From: Octopus vulgaris
Taxonomy: Eukaryota
Length of the DNA: 64,000 nt
Reading direction: 5' to 3'
NCBI GenBank assembly: GCA_951406725.2
Contig: OX597817.1
Location: 70,990,001 to 71,054,000, forward strand
Shown here: positions 58,402-64,000 of the stretch, in pieces
Layout of the letters: each line of letters opens with the position of its first letter
Numbering within the stretch: the stretch's first letter is position 1
Notes under the pieces: model-generated
Seen by the model: only the letters and a program-made list of their open reading frames with translations
Told to the model about the DNA's origin: nothing
The model's database searches: none
Position numbers and translations under genes: made by a program

Positions 58402-58941
58402 TGTATGTATATATGTACACACATACACACATATTACTTATGTGTGCGTGTGTGTGTGTGTATGCGAGTGTGTGCGAGTGTATGTGCCAGTGCATAAGTG
58501 CAAAACTAGGTGGAGGAAATAGCCCTCGAATGCCGAAGGTAGAGTTTAATATTAAGTTTTATTGATGCGAAGAAATTCCCAGCTTCAATAAAACTCCATT
58601 TCTCCTCACTCTCTATCTATCTATCTATCTATCTTTCTATCTATTATCTATCTCTCTATATATATACACTTATACGCACACACCTACAAACACGCATACA
58701 CGCACACACGCACACACACACACACTCGCACATGCATATAAATATGTATGTTAATATGTATATAGATAGATAGATATGTATATATATGTTTATATGTGCG
58801 TGTATATATTTATATATGTTTATATGTATATATATATATATATACATACATATATATAAATAAAAATATATATATCTGCGTATATATGTATACACACATT
58901 CACACACATACACATACACGCACACAACACACACGCATACA

Positions 58942-58998
<57 letters not shown>

Positions 58999-59099
58999 TA
59001 TATACGACATATACATAATATATAATGTAAAGGGAATGAACTGAGAATAAATCAAAGCTAATATATTAGCATATATATTAGCAAAATAAAATACACGTA

Positions 59100-59591
59100 T
59101 TTATTATCGTGTTGATATGTATGTTTCTGTGACATAAACATCAAAAGATCTTTGCTCGGAGCAGATTCGTTGATGTACGTTCATGACTGACGTAAAAGCA
59201 AAATACGAGCTAATAGGTACAAATCGAAATGTTGTAAATTTCAAGCAAAAACTCTTTAATGATCGAAATCTCTGCCGTAAAACGCTGGAAAATTTTCGTA
59301 GTAAAATATAAATCACAGAGCTGATGATAAATCTGTAAATATTCATAGTGCTAGTGCATGCGCCGGGTCATAGTGATAGTGCATGCATGTACAGCTGCGT
59401 GCGTGCGCACATACACGCGAGTACTGTCCAAATCTCCGACCAATCACATACAGGGTAGGGAAATGTAAAGATGTGCACGACCACCCTTGGACGGTTTTTA
59501 ATGACTATAGAAAGTGCGAGCCCTCTAACTGAAAAATTGTGGATTTGTTTAAATGACACACACAGATATTTTGCCGTTTATATATATAGAA
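59100..59591 (-). mobile_element. Probable Helitron 5' portion
   Basis: Minus strand begins tctatatatataaacggcaaaatatctgtgtgtgtc; 3' end not found. Confidence 0.45.
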
Positions 59592-59954
59592 GATTATAAA
59601 GAGGATGTAACTTCGTGTAAAGTTTGCGAAAAGGGCTCAAGAAAGCCGTATAATGTTAGAACTGCATACACTCACGCGTGCTTGACTTTTGGTGTAACAT
59701 TCAAGTGTTCTTGTAATTTCCCTTCGTGCTTGAGCGTGCAATTTCAGTTGGAACATCCAACGCAGGGTTTCAAACAAGCTTTTGTGAAATCTATGAAAGG
59801 TAGAATAGCTATTATATTATTCTACTTCTTACTTTAATCACTCGCCTGGTTATAAGGATTCGTCCAACAGTTGATCTATTTGGGTGAAAGCTGTTCCGAT
59901 TCTTGCCAAGAATTTTCACCAGCTTAGGGCTGATGCTTATAAGTAGCATGTATG

Positions 59955-60575
59955 TATGTCATTATTCAGTTTTATTTCAAGATTCTTTGCCAATAGAGAA
60001 AGAGTCGCTTTCTAACCTAGATTCAAGGCTCCTTCATCGGAATTTCAACATCAACAGGGTATTTTTGTTTCTATGTATTTGTGCAGATTTGTATGTTTTG
60101 CTTTATGTATATATTCTCATGCATATAATTGCATATCCAGACATGCTCATATATATTTAAATGATAAACTTCTGGAAAGTTTTACAGATTTTTACAGTTC
60201 CAGTGAGAGATTGGGTGACCGGTAATAAAGTCACAGGAAAAAAATTCACAGTAATAAAGTCACAATTTTGGCTAGGAAAAAAGTGACAGGAAAAAAACTT
60301 ACAATTAATTTATGTTGGCCGGTAATAAAGTCTCAGGAAAAAAAAGTCAGACTTAATCTATGGGATCCGGACAAAACCTTCTCGGACAACCGGACAAAAC
60401 CCCTGTGACTTTCTCCTGTGACTTTTTTCTGTGACTTTTTTCCCGTGGCTTTTTTTACCTGGATATGTAGTCTTCGAATTAGCTTTCTCCTTTCTGGTTT
60501 TGAGAAGCTTAATTTTTCAAGATTAGTATTTAGGCAGTGTATTACATATCCCAGGGTCCCAATAATTACAGGGAT
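59955..60575 (-). mobile_element. 3' end of a restriction-like-endonuclease LINE in (TATG)n, split by an insertion
   Basis: [10 protein letters not shown]...KLIRRLHIQ|SLTGTVKICKTFQKFII* across the insert; 3' UTR ends in (CATA)n. Confidence 0.75.
60216..60460. mobile_element. Fold-back MITE-like element built from 15-bp subrepeats
   Basis: ggaaaaaaagtcaca-type units on the left, tgtgactttttttcc-type units on the right; TGG on both flanks. Confidence 0.7.
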
Positions 60576-60650
60576 ATATGTATGCATGCATGCATGTATG
60601 TATGTATGTATGTATGTATGTATGTATGTATGTATGTATGTATGTATGTA

Positions 60651-60704
<54 letters not shown>

Positions 60705-60711
<7 letters not shown>

Positions 60712-61596
60712 CTCAACTCGTGTGTCTGTGTGTGTATCTGTGTGTGTGTCTGTGTTTAACTTCCCGGCGCATCTCCTCCTAGCCAACAAATCGTAGAAAC
60801 ACCAAAAACGGGTCACTTAAAGTTTAGGCGAATGAAAATTGAACTGCGCTATTTCTGTTCCGAAATTCATCTCACAAGTGCCAAAATCGATAATGTGTTT
60901 GTTTAGGCCTTATCCCATGCATTGAATAGTGAACCTTACTCAGTCAGCTGTTTGACGTGAACTGTGTTCACTACGCTTGCAAGCATGCGTAAATTGCATG
61001 AAAAATAAAAAATCAAGATATAAAAACGAATCGCCGTAAACATTGTAAAAATTCGGCAAAGAAATGAATTTTCGGGATGTAGCCGGGAGTGTTTTTTCGT
61101 ATTAATATATATATACTCTTTTACTCTTTTACTCTTTTACATGTTTCAGTCATTTCACTGCGGCCATGCTGGAGCACCGCCTTTAGTCGAGCAAATCGAC
61201 CCCGGGACTTATTCTTTGTAAGCCCAGTACTTATTATATCAGTCTCTTTTTGCTGAACCGCTAAGATATATATATATCATCATATATATATATGTTTATA
61301 TATATATATATACACATATATATATATATGAGAGTATGATAGAATAAGGTTAACTCTTCCAACCGTAGAAGAAAAAATTCAAATCGGACCATGTTAACAC
61401 CAAAAATTATTTACATCAAAAAGGTACCTTTTTTCTATGAAAATCCCTATTTTTTACGATGTTTTGACTGCTGTGTCGCCATTTTTCGGTGTATTTCACT
61501 TAAAGAGAACAACAAGCTACATACTGCCAAATTTTTACTTTTCAAAAATTCCAATTCTAAAGGACTAAACAAACCGCAACGCCGGGCGATATTGCT

Positions 61597-61598
<2 letters not shown>
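60705..61598 (+). mobile_element. Non-autonomous Helitron containing a SINE B tail (61125-61266)
   Basis: 5' tatataactcaactcgtgtgtctgtg; 3' gcaacgccgggcgatattgcttgt, a variant of the 15641 terminus. Confidence 0.65.
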
Positions 61599-61645
<47 letters not shown>

Positions 61646-61657
61646 TATATAGAAGGA

Positions 61658-61706
61658 GCTTCTACAGGACTAGAACTGTTTCATTCAAGAGAAATCTTCA
61701 GGAAGC
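61658..61706 (-). ncRNA. Type I hammerhead ribozyme (antisense copy)
   Basis: Exact reverse complement of 61887-61935. Confidence 0.8.
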
Positions 61707-61885
61707 ATATGATAAAAAACATCAAATTCCCGTTTGAAGAAGACCTCTTCCTCATGATAAAAAACATCAAATTCTCTACCAGTAATGATAAGTACGGCTT
61801 CAAATCAAATAAGGCCCCTCCTACCAACAGCCTACTTGAACCGTTTGAAGAAGACCTCTTCCTCATGATAAAAAACATCAAATTC

Positions 61886-61936
61886 AGCTTCCTGAAGATT
61901 TCTCTTGAATGAAACAGTTCTAGTCCTGTAGAAGCT
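61886..61936 (+). ncRNA. Type I hammerhead ribozyme
   Basis: AGCTTC-CTGAAGA-TTTC(tctt)GAAT-GAAA-CAG(ttctagtc)CTG-TA-GAAGCT. Confidence 0.85.
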
Positions 61937-62019
61937 CCTTCTATATAATAAATTAATTTTACTCTGCTATGTATTGAGTACCTTATTTACTGTGGTTAAC
62001 CCCGATTCAACCCGGGACC

Positions 62020-62157
<138 letters not shown>

Positions 62158-62328
62158 AATATATATAATGAGAACGTTTCTGTCGAATGAAAAAGGGGAA
62201 TATACATATAGGACAGCAGTGACCTGAATAATATTAATAATAATAATAATAATAATAATAACAACAACAACAACAACAACATCGAAAAATACCTCAGGAA
62301 TGAGAACCCAGGTTCGAAATTTCGCCAA

Positions 62329-62374
62329 GACACCTGATGAAGGCTGGTGTGTATATCAGCCGAAATGTTGTGTT
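62329..62374 (+). ncRNA. Minimal hammerhead ribozyme in PLE terminus 62215-62463
   Basis: GACAC-CTGATGA-A-GGCTGG(tgtgtata)TCAGCC-GAAA-TG-TT-GTGTT; paralogous to 35041. Confidence 0.75.
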
Positions 62375-62974
62375 AACGACAAACAAGATGAGGATAAATA
62401 CCCGTCAATTGTAAATAATGTAAATAATGTACATAATTCCTCATCTCATAAATATAGAACTGTTTCACCCAAATAGTTCAACAGTTGGACAAATCCTTAC
62501 AATCAGGCGAATGATTTAAAGTAAGAATGAGCAGAATATGATAGTTGTTTTACCTTTCACAGATTTCGCAGAATTCTGCGACTCGATCCACAAAGAAAAG
62601 ACGACAGAGATATTGCTAGTCTATGTCATTTTTGGAGAAAAGTGCTAGTGAAATCGGACTATATATCAGTACTGCTAAAACAGTATATATGTCTTACATC
62701 CAAGAACGGAAAGCTTCTCCTCTCAGAATGGAGAAGAATTAAGAAATAGAGAGCTACACATACCTTGGAGGTCATATCTCTAAACCATAAAGTGATATGG
62801 AAATCAGGATTAGTAAAGCATGGAGTGTACTTAACTGTTTGTGGATAAGATATAGAAATCTAATCTTCTGCGAAAAGCTAAAATATACATCTTCAGGGCT
62901 ATAGTTGAATCAAAACTTTCGTTTATAGTTCGATAGCATGGAAACTTACAATTCTCTTGAAGAAAACTATAAAT

Positions 62975-63280
62975 CAGTGGTTCTCACCCGGAGTCCAAAT
63001 GGCCCTTGAGGGCCCATATAAGAATTTTAGGGATACGCACAACAAAATAGTAAATGGGGATTCACAATATTTTTTACGGTCCCCTGAAAAAATTTAGCTT
63101 TTAATGAGTGCATAGGCGCAGGAGTGGCTGTGAGGTAAGTAGCTTGTTTACCAACCACATGGTTTCCGGGTTCAGTCCCACTGCGTGGCACCTTGAGCAA
63201 GTGTCTTCTACTATAGCCTCGGGCCGACCAAAGCCTTGCGTGTGGATTTGGTAGACGGAAACTGAAAGAAACCCGGCGTG

Positions 63281-63330
<50 letters not shown>

Positions 63331-63744
63331 CGTGCGTCTGTCCCCCCACCATCACTTGACAAGCGATGCTGATGTGATTACATCCCTTTAAGTTAACGGT
63401 TCGGCAAAAGAGACCGATAGAATAAGTACTAGGCTTACAAAGAATAAGTCCTAGGGTCGATTTGTTCAACTAAAAGGCGGTGATCCAGCATGGCCGCAGT
63501 CAAATGACTGAAACAAATAACAGAATAAAAGAATAAAAGAAAAGGTATGTACTGCAAGAAACAACTGGGTTTCTTTCTCTAACATTTTGCATTGTTCAGC
63601 AAGTTAATGCATGAAAAACATAATGGGAATTTTGAAAGAAGTTTCTTTAAAACTACTTTTTAAACATCGAATGGCTATGGGGATCCACAAAAATAAAATA
63701 GTAATCAGAAGGGTCCATTGGTAAAATTTTATTGAGAATCCCTA
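62975..63744. mobile_element. hAT-type MITE containing a SINE B
   Basis: Ends cagtggttctca / tgagaatcccta; 8-bp TSD ctataaat (62967-74) / ctttaaat (63745-52). Confidence 0.8.
63115..63540 (+). mobile_element. SINE B, full length
   Basis: ggcgcaggagtggctgtgagg...gggttcagtccc...gcaccttgagcaagtgtctt...(agaataaa)n tail. Confidence 0.92.
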
Positions 63745-64000
63745 CTTTAAATGGTAGGTATACCCGAAAGCTCGGTGCTGTTCTTTATACCTAATGGTGT
63801 CAACATATGACTACTAACAAAGAACTATACGAAAACAACCCATATATCTCAGACACAAACAAAAGCACAGTCTGAGATTTATTGATGCAACAAGGAAGAG
63901 GTAGAGGTTGAAGTTCTTCTTTGACAACCTTCGTGTGGTAAACGGGGAAGGGGTAGACCAACAAAAGACACCATCAATTGCTTGGATACGCTGGATGCTT

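Larger units (their letters stand above)
62560..64000 (+). mobile_element. Decayed RTE-like LINE interrupted by a hAT MITE
   Basis: YLGGHIS...IRISKAW...KSNL...KIYIFRAIVES; LEE.L|NGRYTRKL resumes after the MITE. Confidence 0.7.

Noticed and set aside
59985-60045. Minus-strand CCGATGA...GAAA in the LINE 3' UTR (HHR- or SECIS-like)
   Set aside because: Stems do not close onto the core in this copy; a family consensus would be needed.

Overview
AT-rich, microsatellite-saturated animal non-coding DNA. The SINE repertoire points to an octopus or other coleoid cephalopod (inference). No host protein-coding exon can be supported; nearly all long ORFs in the supplied track are microsatellite artefacts. 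The window is a layered collection of mobile elements: three tRNA-headed SINE families, two mariner remnants, a decayed hAT, non-autonomous Helitrons, CR1/L2-, Tx1-, RTE- and R4/Dong-type LINE fragments, a young 1.37-kb internally deleted Gypsy element, and a ~2-kb decayed Polinton/adintovirus-like fragment. The main signal outside the ORF track is at least a dozen type-I hammerhead ribozyme (HHR) motifs from several unrelated sequence families. Most sit in termini interpreted as Penelope-like element (PLE) pseudo-LTRs, and six loci are fold-back inverted repeats. Highlights: (i) two perfectly opposed hammerheads enclosing three 3'-coterminal reiterated copies of a PLE ORF fragment (61641-62022); (ii) a 362-bp ORF-less HHR element with a 6-bp TSD; (iii) a PLE family whose 3' region reads GIY-YIG end, tRNA-like Pol III unit, (AAT)n, HHR; (iv) a recurrent U4-to-C core variant. 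All folds and translations were done by eye, and boundaries of degraded elements are approximate.
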